A stretch of DNA of 62,469 nucleotides, filler included, from Choristocarpus tenellus KU-1152 (GCA_964200185.2; 11 parts of 11 records of this genome joined end to end with filler, not necessarily neighbours in it); one strand, 5' to 3'; numbered from the whole stretch's first letter, positions 24,561 to 38,427 are shown. The notes: a model not told the origin generated them from the sequence alone. Made by a program: numbers and translations.

Positions 24561-27500
24561 CCTCAGGGCCGAGGAGTCGGTCCTCTCGTACTGTCCCTTG
24601 CGAGCATCTACGTGTGGGCCAAATGTCTGGACACACGAAAAGTTGCGCAGATCCCACAGTTTGCAAATGCCATCCGAATCTGCAGTTATTAGCTGGTGCA
24701 TGTTGGCATCGGTGGAAAGAGCAGGGACCGTGAGGTCCTCAGGGCAACAATTTTGGTGAGGGTGAGCGACTAAATTGTACTTATGGCAAAGGCTTAATTG
24801 AGGATTGGAATAGCTGGTTCTTCCCCTTTGTATATTTCCAGCAACTTATCCAGCCAACCATTAGACAAGCCTCAATATATGAATCCTTCGCATTTGGTCC
24901 TAGTGACCTTGCTGGTGACATTGCCTCACTCCAGGTTATCACTAACTCAATGATTGATATGTGTCTGTATAGGGTCAGCTGATGCCGACTGAGAGGAAGT
25001 GGGTGACCTCCAGTAATGGTACAATAGCTTTTTGACTTGAGATATGAGTGGTGCTGACTGTAGTAGTTATGGTACATAATATATATTATATTATTATTAT
25101 TAATGACAGGAGTAACGAGATTCCAGGACTAACATATCCAATTTGCCCTATGTGACTCACTAATAGTATCCTAGGGGGGCAGGCATATATTTGAGTCCTG
25201 TGTGACTCTGTATTGATTTTCTTGTCATATGAGTGAACGTGCCAGTTGTAAGGGCAATCTCATTCATCTCAACTCACTCACTTTTGTCAACCCCTTGCCT
25301 ACAACAAATCCAAAGGAAATCACACACAAAACCGGCCTCAAACTGGGGTATCTTACAACACCCCATCTGGCCCCGAATGGACCCCACTCCCCCCCTCTCT
25401 TGGATACTGTGTCCCTAACAAAGGGCTAATCTATTCTTGTAGATAATGATTTTGTTTTGTGTACCCATTGATGAAAAGCAAAGCTCGTGGAGGGGTCCAC
25501 GGCTGGTGAGGAACCTGTTAGATCACATATGCAATCCAACTTGGACATAAATTTAAATCACATCGCCGAGCCTTGCACGAGGACATAAAGTAATTAGCAT
25601 TTGAAGCTAAAGAAGTGTGTTGGCACTACTTTCTTGACAAAGGTTCGGTTACAATTAACTGAAACAGTGATATCGCTAAACAACCCATGGCAGTTGTGAT
25701 ATCCATCCTCTCTGTCCTATTAATCACAAACATGGCCATTAACTAACAGAACAGATTCGGGGCAAGAAAAGGGGTAGGCAGGTGAGCACCACTCCATTGC
25801 ACAGAGTTCGGATGGTGTTGTTACAAGCTTTGATATAGAAACATTGCCTAGGTGGAAATTGTTACCAAAGCAACAACTGCCGACCAACTACACTCTACTA
25901 CATTGAAGGGAAATGTTCTCTTAAGGCAAGCTACAATCCAAGGCCTTAAGTGGCTTTTACCTCTTCCATTCTCTGAGCAGGTTGTCTCTTCTTCTACAGC
26001 AATTCATTTCTGGAGTGTGCGATTTTGTAGATTTTTGCCACAGCAACTACGTAAGCAAAATCGCACCTGGGGAGTTCCTGGGGGTATCTCAACCCCAACG
26101 ATTGGTGCATAGTGCCCCTGTAGGCGGTTAATGGGCATGGAAACGTACGGGTTGCTCACAAGAAGATCGTAACAAAACCCACCAGAGACGACCAAGCAGT
26201 ATTCGGGGCAATACGCCATGTGGCGCACACCCTGTAGGCCAAGTTTGTTGAGGATAATAAAGTGGGGATAGGAGTTGACGTTTACATACACGGTTTTGTT
26301 GCTGTGCAGATCTAGCATAATTCACAACTGAGCTGTTTGAACAGGAATGATGTAGCATCTATGGGCAGGGTTGTGACTGAACAGGCGAGGCATTTCCCCC
26401 CATGATAGTTATTGCCTTGGGAAGGTGTGTCGTCCTTTAAGTATAGTTCTGGTACCACAACCACTTTGGGACTAGACTGCAATCACTTTATTACAGTGGC
26501 GCCAGAGGGAAGAATAAGAAGGGGGAGAGGCTGATGTGTCGGGGGGTGTGCCAGCTGCCCTACCAGGTCATAGCCAGGCCTATGAATTTGATCAATCTTT
26601 ATGCTGTCTGGTTTGGGTGAGGTAGTGCGAGAAAAGCATGGCATTACATGGGACACATATATTTTGGCTCAAGCACTTGGCACATAATATCCAACGTTAG
26701 GGTGCATTTGGTACAAGTATAGCTGATGATAGAGGGGTTTGTATACTCCCTTTTCAAGTGGGATGAAGGGCATACTCAGGGAGGCAGTAATTGGTAGAAC
26801 TGAAGTATAGCACAACTCCAGCTGCAGATGCAAAGAGGGGCGTACTTCTCAAGAACCAAGCTAAACTAGTCACTGAACAGTAGAGTCAAAGTAAATGAGA
26901 GGGGTACCTAGGGTTGCACCTTAGGGTAACAACAAATAATATGCGAAATATTTTGAAAATTTTATTCAATGCGCATGGGGACTTTTCTGTCCTCTATCAA
27001 AGTTTTCTATACAACTGAGTGAAATCAACGTTCTCAAGTCAATCTCAGCACCTCAACTGTAGAAATAAGGGTGAGCTGCAAAGACACATAAAGTGGCTTA
27101 AAAAGAAAAATGACCAAAATGTGTTCACCTCTCGTTTACTCTGACTCCGTAATCTTACCCCCCCATTGATGATGAAGAGCAATCCTATTCTACAGTTATT
27201 AATACTACTATTGATATTATTATTGTTACTACTATTACTACTATTACAAATTTTCTGTTCACATGCAGCATATTAGTTTTAGAACAAGGTACACAGGGTT
27301 AATCTGCTGTCACGATTTTATTTTACCCCATTCATCTGGACGCTGCTTCACGGGCAAGTAAGGCGTCAGTGTTCGCAGTCAGGATGCTATTCTACTTCAT
27401 ACCTGTATGCTTCTACCGCTCTCCAAGGCGCAGGGTTGGGGATAAAGGCGCAGGGTTAGAGTTGCAAGAACTCCTTATCCTCATTTCACAACAATAATAG

Positions 27501-29238
27501 GCCTTTGGGCACAGTGATCTGAGTCTTCTTGTTTCTATTAAACCTATTCTACTCCATAGTATGATATATATATATGTATATTTACTAGACTCTGTCCGAC
27601 TTCCCAGTGGGCACCGAAGCACTGCAAGAATGTTCAAAGAATGTTCTCGCTTGCCTTGGGGTGCCCAAGTAGTGTGTTCTTCAGACAGTGAGTGTGGAGG
27701 TCCCACAGCTTGACAGTGTGGTCCATGCTGCATGAGGCAAGGAGTCCGTGATCTTCCAAGCATGATGCATATCAGCATTTACCCATTCATGCCCATTTAA
27801 GTCCGAGCGTGTGTCATTAGCACACACACACATACACACACACAACATTATGCATCATAGGGATTAGGTTCCAATATGTGACACTATCATGGGGATAAAT
27901 TTTATGAAATGGTGACAAAGATTAGAGTCAAATTTGGGTTTGCAATCAGTACACCCAGTGCATCACCATTGCCTGAGAGAAAAGATTAAGCTTGTGCCAA
28001 CCCAACTTAGGAAGTGTTATTAATGGCATAGCCTAAATAAGCGCAGCCTAGCAACTGTACCTGGATACACATGATTTCAGCATTGGTGAGGCCTTCACGG
28101 AAAGGTTAATAGCAAAAAGGTCAGTCCTCTTCTGTACTTCTGAGCATAAACTACAAGGGGTCAGCCTCGCCAACCCCCTCCCCCCCATGGTCTCACAAAG
28201 AGGGCTATGATGTCCCAATGCAAACACTACAGACTCAAAGTCCACCAGTATCATTTCCTCACCATTTAGGGTCAAGAGGTTAAGAACCATGTCCGTGTGT
28301 CCACCATTGTTTTCAGACTCTGCTGAGTATCTCACGACCTGAGGTTGCCAAGGTTTCTTCCAGCTGCAACACACCATGGCATCAGCAATGGTGAGTTAAA
28401 CTATTGTGCAGGTTCAGCACATTAATGTTAAAGCTTTCAACCAAAAGAAGAAGTTGAAGTTGAAGCTTGAGGTAGAATCGGGGTATTGAGGAGGGGGTGA
28501 TCTCAAGGGCTGAAGTAAGCATCAAGGAGAAGGGACTATGCCTCTAAGGAGAGAAGCAGTTTGATCCTATTTTGGGCCCACATCAAAAAAAAATTGTGCA
28601 TAGCGTGAGAAGGTACCCAGAGAGTTGCATGTCAAGGATGCTGACAGCAAAATTCTACTTTTATTTTACAATTGTGTGTAGGGTACTTTCTGAATTTTGT
28701 ATGACAAGTTTCAAATAACAGAGAACCAGACCCTCTCAAGTCAAAGCTAGAACTTCATCAATAAAAATAAAAATATGGGTGAATTGCAAAACATTGAAAA
28801 ACAGACTTTAAAATGAAAAACGGCCAAGACCTGGGTACCTCTCGAATTTTTTTAGCTCTCAAGATCGAGTTTTCAGGAAGCCAGGGGTTGAGGAGTGCTT
28901 GGTATTTGGTAGCATGTTCGCTATGTTTCAACCAGGTATAAGCACTTTCAGTTGTTGGGAGATAGGGATGAGTTTGAAGAGCAAAACTCCTCTGATCTTT
29001 TGCATGTACTTGCAGAAGAAAGAATGACCAAAAACTTGAGTAATGCTTCAGTGATCTTCACATGCATGTAAAGTAACCCCAACCCTGACCTTTTCTGCAC
29101 GTTGAACCCAAACATATTGTGCTCTGGTGTTTCCTGCGACCCAGATTCCACAACATGGTCCAAGTTCCAAGATTTTAGGTTTCCTTGAATATCCCCAGTC
29201 ATCACGCACCTGTATTCCTCGGAATACGCCATGCAGAT
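24561..29238 (-). CDS. WD40-repeat protein, internal fragment, 5 exons
   Basis: Exons 29238-29090, 28363-28263, 27752-27655, 26231-26067, 24692-24561 are in frame: VMTGDIQGNLKSWN; GHTDMVLNL...LLASCSMDHTVKLWD; LGHPKGVRHMAY...SGGFCYDLLVSN; QGHYAPIVGV...LITADSDGICKLWDLR. Confidence 0.92.
26883..27147. mobile_element. MITE family 3 (265 bp) in WD40 intron
   Basis: TIRs gagtcaaagtaaatgagagg / cctctcgtttactctgactc; flanks agta/cgta (3/4 TSD). Related relic at ~28600-28850. Confidence 0.75.
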
Positions 29239-29545
29239 CTGGGCAGGACAACAATTTGCCTTTCTTAGGGGTGTGTATGTGAACATTGTATATTTGATCA
29301 GGTACATATATCTACATGCTTACGATGTTTGGTATATACCACTGCGGTACAAGTGGCTCAAAGTATCTTGGAGGGGGTAGCGGCTGTCCATTTGNNNNNN
29401 NNNNNNNNNNNNNNNNNNNNNNNNNNNNNNNNNNNNNNTTAATTAATTAANNNNNNNNNNNNNNNNNNNNNNNNNNNNNNNNNNNNNNNNNNNNGAGCAC
29501 CAGAGGGAGGGAAAACACGGCAGGGGGGGGGTGGGGGGGGGGGGG

Positions 29546-29576
<31 letters not shown>

Positions 29577-30941
29577 AGGGAAGCCACATGCAGAGCTCAC
29601 TTATTTTTTCTATGTTCATTATATCCTGTTACGCGCCTCTGTACAGGGGAGCAGTTTAGAGTGGAAAAATTGTTGGTATCATTCTGTTTTTGGCGCGGGG
29701 TAAAGGTGATTAATGTGTGACAAGAACCATTTTCGTTTTCTTTGGGATTTTTTCTTGTTTTAGGATGTAAGCGTTTCTGATCCCTTGCTTGTTTTAGAAC
29801 ACCCCGCCCCAGCCCCCAACCGCGACGATTCTCTCTGGGATACTTTTGACTGGTGGTTTGTGTTGAAGGGGTGCTTGTAAATGTTTGAATCATAGGTGGC
29901 AGTTACGCCAGTGGAGAAGATGTATATTGAGAAGATGTGTATTGGTCGACATGTACAATGCCACCGACAGGTTTTCTTACTCAATAATTTGGTCTTGATT
30001 GAGTCTCATTACTCTCAAAAGTTCATTTTTGATAACCTAATTTCAAGGAGTTTGACAGCGTGGAAGAGGGAATCAAAGATGATTGAGTAGTACGAGTGTG
30101 TGTTGCTGGATTTCGTTTCTGACAAATGCTCTGTGTATGATGAAGAGTCTATTTAAATTGGAGTGATAAGTACAGAATGGTTTTTGTATTGATGGGCTCG
30201 AACCTAATGCTACGGAATCATCTCATCGAAATTTCATTGTATAATAACTCTAGGTGTTGGTGTATGTATGTAGCGCCTGATGCCCTCTCTCTTATACTTT
30301 TATCCAAAGGGATACGCTATTGGCAATCATGTTGTGAGCTGATATCGCTTGATGGAGTATGAGCGTATTTTGGTGATAAATATATTAGAATGAACTTGAC
30401 TTTTTTAAATTTTCTTTTAAGAAATATTGTTCTGATGTTATCATACTGTCCAAGAGTAAATATCTTTTGAATCAATTAAACAGAATTCAAGAGAAGAGGT
30501 CAGTGTCTAGGGTGGGGGGTTGGAGGACAGGTGCCCGGGGGGAGGGGGGGGGGAACGGGGAGTAAGGTGATTATCGAGATGGAGGGGTGATATTTGTGCA
30601 TGGCTGAGGTTAGATATTGGGAGAAAAAAATTACCAAATATATTTTATACTGTGGCAAAAATATATTCAGCTTTGGAAAAGGTGGTGTCATGTGGCAGTG
30701 ATTTTCTCCAAGATAGGTGTTCAACCCTTTCCTTAGCGTGGTGGTCCTATCAATTGTTTTTTTTAATTTCCCTCCCCCTCCCCTCCCCTCCCCCGAGATG
30801 TGATTCCTGGTGTCAACTTGTTGATGTTATCAATGCTGCTGCTGGTTCTGTTACAATATAGGCTTTTTTTTTCTTGATCTGACCCCTCTCATTCCCCTGC
30901 TACTTGCCACTCCATATGTGTACGTATATATTTGTGTTCAG

Positions 30942-33210
30942 GGCGATCACCTCTGCATACTATCGAGGGGCTGTTGGGGCACTGTTGGTGTATGACATCT
31001 CCAAGCACGTTACCTTTGAGAACGTGGAACGATGGCTGAAGGAGCTTCGTGACCATGCAGAGGCCAACATTGTTGTGATGCTTGTGGGGAACAAGAGTGA
31101 TCTCAGGTATGGGGAGGGGAGATGACCTGGTGTTGTCTAGGGCAGGGGGGCTGTGTTCATTGATCTTGGAGGGAAGGGGGTTGGTAAAATTGTTTTTGAT
31201 TTGTGTCAAAGAAATTTTGATAATGGTTGTTTGCCCAGGTGTTTGCTTTGTTAAGATGTAGCTGTAAAATAGTGTATTTAGCTCTTTGGGGGAGGCAGCT
31301 CATAGGCAGATGTCTACTACATCGAGTGGAAGCTTGCTCGACTGAAGAGCGATTGGGGGGGTTTAAATTTTCTTTGCTACCGGAGTCTAGTCTTGTGTAG
31401 GTATCCTCAAGATTTTTTCTCACATCCTAGAAGGATTCGATATGTGGGTTGATGTTAGTAATTGCGCGTTAGGAGTCCGTCCAATCACAGATTCCAATGA
31501 GGTCGCAGTGAACTTGAAGTAGAGAGTTACGAGGTTGAATAGCACGAACTTTGGTTCTGATTTTTTTGCATTTAGATTGCTGTCACTTTTTTTCATCTTT
31601 TTTTGTTTTGTAGTTCTGGTTCCGATTGTAATTCGTCTTTGATGTGATTTTTTTTTTTACTTGTGTCGGTGTTGTACGTAAACGATTTTTTTTGTTCAGG
31701 CACTTGAGGACAGTCTCTACTGAGGAAGCTATGGAGTTTGCGGAGAAACACAATCTTGCGTTTATTGAGGTGGGTTTGTGTCAATTGATTTGCACGGTCT
31801 CTTGTTTGTCCTATTTGGTGACATTCCTCTTCTACACAATATATGCAAATATGTAATAATGTATATATGTATGTATATTGGTATGTGTGTGTATGTATGT
31901 GTATATTGCTGATTGAAACTCTTCTTTTTTTTAGGCTTGTTGTACCGCAGGCTCATACTGATCCATCCCTTGCCCTCAAAGTGGTGTTGTAGTGCCTTCT
32001 TGAGTCCTTTGTGACCTAGACCCCTTGCTTGCCCCATCTCTGTGGTGGCTGTTCTTCCCGTGAGATGCATGTTATTATAATATGCTTACGCTTTGCTCTC
32101 TACAAACACCCCTGCATGTGCTTATCCTTGTGTCAACTATGCATTGTTATATTGGTGATATTGGTGTGTGGAAGTGAGGGTTTTTGTTCATGGGGCAACA
32201 TTCAAACTGACTATTAAGAGTCAACGTTCAAACTGACTATTAAGAGTCCGTGTGTCGCATTCATCCTGTGATAGATTCATTTAATGGTATCCAGTGGTTT
32301 GAAGCATGGATGGTGTTGTGATGTTGAAATATTTGAGAGGTGCTGTCATGGTGAAATAGGTCACATGCAACAAGTTCTCATCCATGATCAAGAGTGAAGA
32401 GTACAAAGAGAGACCCAAAAAATTATAGTTAGGTGTGTTGAGTATCAGAGACACAAAATTTAAATTGAATAACAAAAAAAGAGAATAAAAATGGATGAAT
32501 TCACAAAATTCATCAAGAAAAGAAAAGAAAAAAGCAGAGGAGGAAGTTTCGGCAAGTTAAACAGGTACCACTTCCAGCATTAACAACTGCAATTCATACA
32601 AGAACGGATAAATATCCAGTATCAGTTTCACTTCACAAAATTGGAAGGTGTTCTGTACGCTCACCAGCAATACCTAGATACCCTTACCAGTACCATGGAG
32701 GGTATTCTGGGCTTGGGCCCATATTTACCCCAAGGCTTTGCAGGTAGTGCCATCTATGTTTGGTGACCGTGACCACTTTTGGTGGTGAGCGGTGAATGCC
32801 TTGGGCCTCCTTAGTATGCCAGACATCCATGAAGTGTTTGGCTTGGGTGTCCACTTTTCTGTGCAATTGGTTTGGGTCCTCTGCAAACCCCACTTCTCTG
32901 CACGGATCTTCTTGGTTGGATTATGCATTGTAGGGTTGATTGGCCAAATACCCTGCTCTTGACACTCCTCTGTGGGACTTGTTTATGTTTGGGAGTGCTG
33001 TGCTCAATACCTGACCCCCTATTCCGTATCTGCTTTGTGTGTTGATCATTGTTACTGCTTATTTGTGGGTATTGGGTCTGATTGCAGACTTCTGCACTAG
33101 ATGCTAGTGGAGTTGACACCGCCTTCCAGCGTATTTTGACGGAGATCTACCGCTTGATGAGCAGGAAGACAATAGCCGCTAACAACAGCACAGGGCCTAA
33201 CCTCTCACAG
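30942..33210 (+). CDS. RAB11: Rab11-family small GTPase, internal 3 exons
   Basis: Exons 30942-31106, 31700-31769, 33088-33210 give [99 protein letters not shown], diagnostic of Rab11. Confidence 0.97.
32197..32248. repeat. 26-bp tandem duplication in Rab11 intron
   Basis: caacattcaaactgactattaagagt / caacgttcaaactgactattaagagt. Confidence 0.9.
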
Positions 33211-33944
33211 GTACTGGTGTGTTTTGCTTCACTGCATGTAATGTAATTGGGGGGAGGGGGGGGGGGTAATGTGGTATGTAATATATTGGTGTAGGGAAAG
33301 AAGGCTGAAGGAAAGCTTTTTGGGTGATGGGCAGGGGATGGAAAGATTAAGTCAAATAGGATACTACTGATGTCAACAGTTGGTACAAGGATGAGGTGGG
33401 TATACTATACTTTGCACTGCACACTGTGTACAGGGTGCTCTAAATGTGATGGGAAAAGCGTTGTGAGGACAACACAAGACTGAACTGAGAAGGCCACATT
33501 GAGTGAGGGGTTACAGAGATTTGAAAAAATCAAAACGCTCAACGTAATTGAGGGGTCCAGTTGGTTTTCTTTGAGAAAGTTATTTTTGAGACTTGTGGAA
33601 GTGCTGGTGTAGGAATAGGGTTACCAATGGAGATATTTCGTTTGTTTCGGTTGCGTAGCTTTTTATATAATGCTTAGCTTCCCTCCCCCCCCCCCCCCCC
33701 CCACCCCCCCCCCCCCCCCCCCCCCGCCCCCCCCCCCCCTCTTTCTCGGCCCCCCCTGTGTTTNNNNNNNNNNNNNNNNNNNNNNNNNNNNNNNNNNNNN
33801 NNNNNNNTTAATTAATTAANNNNNNNNNNNNNNNNNNNNNNNNNNNNNNNNNNNNNNNNNNNNCCCAAGTACCACCCCTCTCCTCTCCCCCCCCCTGCCC
33901 CCAATTACTCTTATGTCCTCCTGCCCAGTTCAACCCAATCCCAC

Positions 33945-36900
33945 CTGTGCATCCACGAGCACGTCCTCCTCTGGAGGTGCATATCCCAGTTTGTAGACAA
34001 CAACGTGCCTGGTTCACACAATTCAATCCGCGCACAGCAAAAAAGGAAAAAAAAGAAGAAGGAAGTGACGTAACTCCAACGTTGCGCAAGGGCAACATCT
34101 TGGCAGTTAAACTCGGGAGGAGGAAGTTTTTGATGCACTAGAGTAGACAGCACTCTCTCAAGGGGGGAAAAAGAAACACAAAAAATGTATGAACTGTATG
34201 TATGTACCACACACACGGGATGTGCACACAAAACTCTCATCAAATATGCCCAGCACAAAAAAAAAGAAACATGTACCTGTCTTCGGGCTCCCCCTCTGTC
34301 CGACTTGTGATGCCATCAATGGACTCGGCAAGGTCGTGCCTGAACAGAGGATGGCGAGGGGTGGAGGGGTGGCGGAAGGGACGAGCAGAAAGCACATGAT
34401 ATGTACAGCAGGGGGTAGGCTGGCAAGTAAGAGAAGGTGTGAAACAAGAAGTTAAGTGGTCGGTTGGTGGGAGGGACAGTAGGGAAATATACAACACGTT
34501 GTCCTTGGAGCTGATACTGACGACCATGATACTCTGAGCATGAAATTGCCAATTTTACCTTCAACTTGGAGAGATCGGGGGGAGTTTGTGGACATAAAAA
34601 ACCTACCTAAAACCTACCTCCGCCTATTTTTTACCTTGCTTGCAAGACCCGCGAAGGTGAAGCTTGCACAGTTGCACTGAGTAGAGCAAGAAAGATGTCA
34701 CCTGAAATGCATACTTCCTCCTTCTCCCACACACACAACCCCTACACTTGGCATGGTGGTTGAGGTCGTGGTTGGCACACCTCATCCAGTTGATAAATGT
34801 ACCAAAGACATCACACTACATGTCAGCTAGTAGGTTACTATCACTCACACTATGTAGCGGAGCGCCTTCTCCACGTGGGGAAAACTATGCGACACCTCTG
34901 TGACAGAAGATGCAAACGCCTTCAGCTGCGCATTGACATCCTCCTTGAAGCGCTCCACCTTATCTCTCACCCCCGATGCGATTGCCTTTTCCGCCCGATC
35001 AACTGCACACACACACAATGGGCAATGCATCAAAGACGAGTGCAGCAAATACTACATAGGGCGGGAGAGTGCAATGAAAGGGTAAAGCTCTCCTATGGTG
35101 CATCACGAGGTATATATTGTGACAGAAATGAGGTGTATCATATTGAGTCATTTTTGTCGCACTCCTCATTCCAACACTCAAGCACCTTTATTTACTGACA
35201 CTTCTTCCAAACAATCAAATTCCAAGCTAACAGCTATTTCACAGATCTGTTTTTTTGGGGGCAACATCAGGAAGTTGCAGAGCAAATCCTACAGAGACAT
35301 ACACAACATCGAAATGTGTCCTTCCCATGAGAGAATCTGCAACAGTAATACAATGGCAAGGGGAAAATCACAAGAGTAACATGCTTTCTGGTTCAGTTTC
35401 ACTGCTAACACTGTAGAAGAAATACAAAAAATGTGGGAGTCAGGGGAGGGGTTGGCAGTTTCTTTCACAAAGGAAAGTGATAACAGCTCTCACCTGCAGC
35501 AGTCTCAGCAACTGTCTTCTGTGTCTGGACCATGGACCCAAGAATGGACCCCAATAACCCACCAGCCCTGCTGCTTCCACCCATACTCTCACTCTCAGCA
35601 CCTTTGCAAGTGCTGCCTGATCCATCTGATCCTACAGTGGATGATGGCATCCTTGTGCCTTCCAAATTCCGACCATTTGAATATGGGCATGTTTTCTTGT
35701 GGAACCATTAAAGTAGAAAAAAAAAATGACATGGGGTCAGCGAAGGAACAGGCTTGAGAAAGGCCCAGTTGATGCATGAAAAGATATGAATGAGAGGTGA
35801 GGAGAGAGGCTTGGATGGTAAAGGTGCTAAGCCGAAATATCACCAGTCTTTTCCTTAGCTGAACCCACAGGCCTCCAGCTTGTTCAGCAGGAGAGAGGGT
35901 ATGACCTAATGAAGTACCCTCACTGTAAGTGCTTTGGCAATTGGTGCGTCTATGCACATCAAACCCACCTCCCATCCCATCCCACTCTCCGCCAGTTAGG
36001 GTTTTTCTGCTGTGTACAGAGATTGAAGGTGTTACCACTGAATGAATGTACCATGCTGCATCACATGCTACACTCTATTCTATTGCTCTGTAGCACATTC
36101 TGCTACAATCAGATTTTTCCTTTCCATCATTGATGATAGAATGAGGGATGGGGGGCGGGGGGCGGATGGGAAGGAGGGTATGGGTCACACACGTAAGGGG
36201 GTGTTGCACGAATAAGAAAGTTAAGGCTGACTAGGGGCAGCAACAAGAACTCCTCCTCACGCTAGGGAAGCAACACAAACCAACCGATTTTTCTCCTATT
36301 AAAATAGTCTAGCTAATGGATGCAACAAATGGGAGGGAGTACGACAATTAATCACCTTGGGTTGGACCAACTTCCCCCTCTCTACCACGACAGCTCCTTT
36401 CCTAACAGTACTGTTGTCATGGCTGTGGACAAGGAAGCAAATGCTCTCAGTCTCTCCTGCATCACTGCTGCTGCTGCTGCCAGAAGAGGGCAGCAAGAAT
36501 AACTTGATACCATCCTCCATTTTGACGACTCCCGCCTTTCGCCTCTGCTGTAGGTATTCCCGAAAGGACCTGCCCCCCCACGGTGCATGAGCAACCGAGA
36601 TGATGAGCAACAGAGTCTCTTCCCTGCCACTCACTCACTGACCACATGTACAGGGTATATACATACCCAGACTTCTGATCCCAACCCTTATCTTTTATAC
36701 CACTGTATGAGCACATGGGGGGACTTGGCTTGGGAAAGCTACCGGATTATGATGCGGCACGCCCTCTTGGAAACCACAGACAAAGACCATAAACTCTTAT
36801 GCCTTGGAAGCATGGAATTATCCTTAATCCCCTTAAACAATAGACTCAAGTTCTGTCCTGCGCCTGCATCGGTACTGCTTTCTGATTTGGTGGGCAAGAG

Positions 36901-37949
36901 ATGCCACAGCCTGATGCCTACTTTTCTTTTGTATTGTACAGTTTGGACCTCCACATTGAGCCTGTTGCATTTGTAGGAGTAGTGAACCTATTGAGGCCTC
37001 GCTTTTAAGCTTGTGGTAACTCTGACAGGTTTCCCTTCAAATTGTAGGTTGCAACCACTGCATTGTGTACAACGAGATTTCATGGATTTGCCAAGGCTTG
37101 GTGGTTTCATTCCATATTATGAGCTCCAGAAAGGCGAGGATTCGGGACCCAGAATTTTTTCAATCAATAGGCTTGTGTAGTACCTAAGCTTGCCCTGGTC
37201 TCTGGTTGCCACCAGTGTACGGGCATTCATCCCCGCCCTGGCAGAGGCCAAAATATCGGGATCCCTCGTGTAGTCGATTACGACGCATTTTTTTGGCCTG
37301 CGCTCGGAAGCACCACGATCGGGGGAATTTAGTATGGGGAGGAACAAAGAAAAGAAGGGGACGGAGTAAATTTAGAAGAGGATAGGAGAAAACCCTACAG
37401 GATTAATAGGTAGATCTTCCCAAGTAGCACGGGGTGCAGAACAACGTGGAGATCGATCAAGGTGGGCTGCAGCACACCCCATCAGAGGCGGACAGCGGCA
37501 AAGAAAGACATTGCAGCAAAGATTCTGGGGGCTCTATTCATGTAAGACAGTTTCAGCCTCGTAGTCGCCTCATACACCCAGTATGAACCTATGATAGTCT
37601 GTGCAAAGAGGAAACTTTCTTGTCACAGAACAAACGTGTAGGGGGGGAGAAGGGAACCCACAAGGAGCTTGTCTTGGAGACTCTATCATCGCCACGCTCT
37701 GTACGCCCCTCACATAATGTTGCAATGTATTCGTCCGTTGCATTCCTAGACCGAATAAGGAACAGGGGCAAGACGAAGGAGAAATTAAAACGTGGAGGGC
37801 TTGTTTCACATGGGTTCAGATTTGATGGGGCCATCTTTCTCACACTGAGCTACGCCACATCAAATGGGTCAGTGATCTTCCCTGAAATACAGTCTGTAGA
37901 AGAGCAGGTACTTGCGGGTTTACCTCACAAACAGTTGCACTTCCTGCAT
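33945..37949 (-). CDS. SPAG7-like R3H-domain protein with N-terminal SPOC-like extension; 8 exons, 3' end lost at contig break
   Basis: Exons 37949-37924, 37745-37662, 37297-37184, 36569-36356, 35695-35494, 35002-34849, 34339-34277, 34008-33945 splice in one frame. GLLGSILGSM resembles the SPAG7 N-terminus (LLGSILSSM). FPHVEKALRYIVHDLAESIDGITSRTEGEPEDRHVVVYKLGYAPPEED is an R3H domain. SFREYLQQRRKAGVVKM...LFLLP is SPOC-like. Confidence 0.8.
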
Positions 37950-38427
37950 CTCTCTTCGACGTTGCGTAAGGTTTGTCACGATAAAAGTATGCAGTTGAAA
38001 AGTTTGCAACACCATTGGCAGGCATGTCGAGATGGTAAGAATGTAGGATGGTTTATTAAGATTTTTTTTATAGTAGCAAGGTTTCCTCTCACATATCTCC
38101 ATAATGCTAGACTCTATAATAATAAAATAGTACAAGGCTATGATACAGACTAATATAGTTTTGATTGGTTTCCCCCCTGACACACATCTGCAAAATGTCA
38201 GAGGGCATAATAATAAAAATACAGACTAACCTTCAACATTTTTCCAACCATGAAAATAATATGTAGGTTAATATTGTGGTATTTTTTTTATCAGTGTATA
38301 CATGTATGTACTGTATAGTAGTTAGTTTGTAGTATTTATTCATTTCTATTTTGGGTTTGGGTGTCGACATTAGTGGTGTTGGTCTGACTTTGTAAAGTAG
38401 TAGTGTTGGGGATTTATCTTAGTAGAA
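37950..38427. promoter_or_regulatory. Putative bidirectional promoter region (478 bp between divergent ATGs)
   Basis: Head-to-head start codons at 37949(-) and 38428(+) in one contig; AT-rich. Confidence 0.5.

Noticed and set aside
28885-28935. tRNA-like 5' half (ggagtgcttggtatttggtagcatgttcg)
   Set aside because: No complete cloverleaf or properly placed T-arm/acceptor stem.
29495-29580. Long G/C homopolymers (also 23836, 33685, 46587, 50060) as G-quadruplex or poly-Pro coding
   Set aside because: Located at contig ends where sequencing fails; lengths are unreliable.
32684-32930. Possible LINE reverse-transcriptase tail fragments (also ~20000-20250)
   Set aside because: Too short and degenerate to support without a search.
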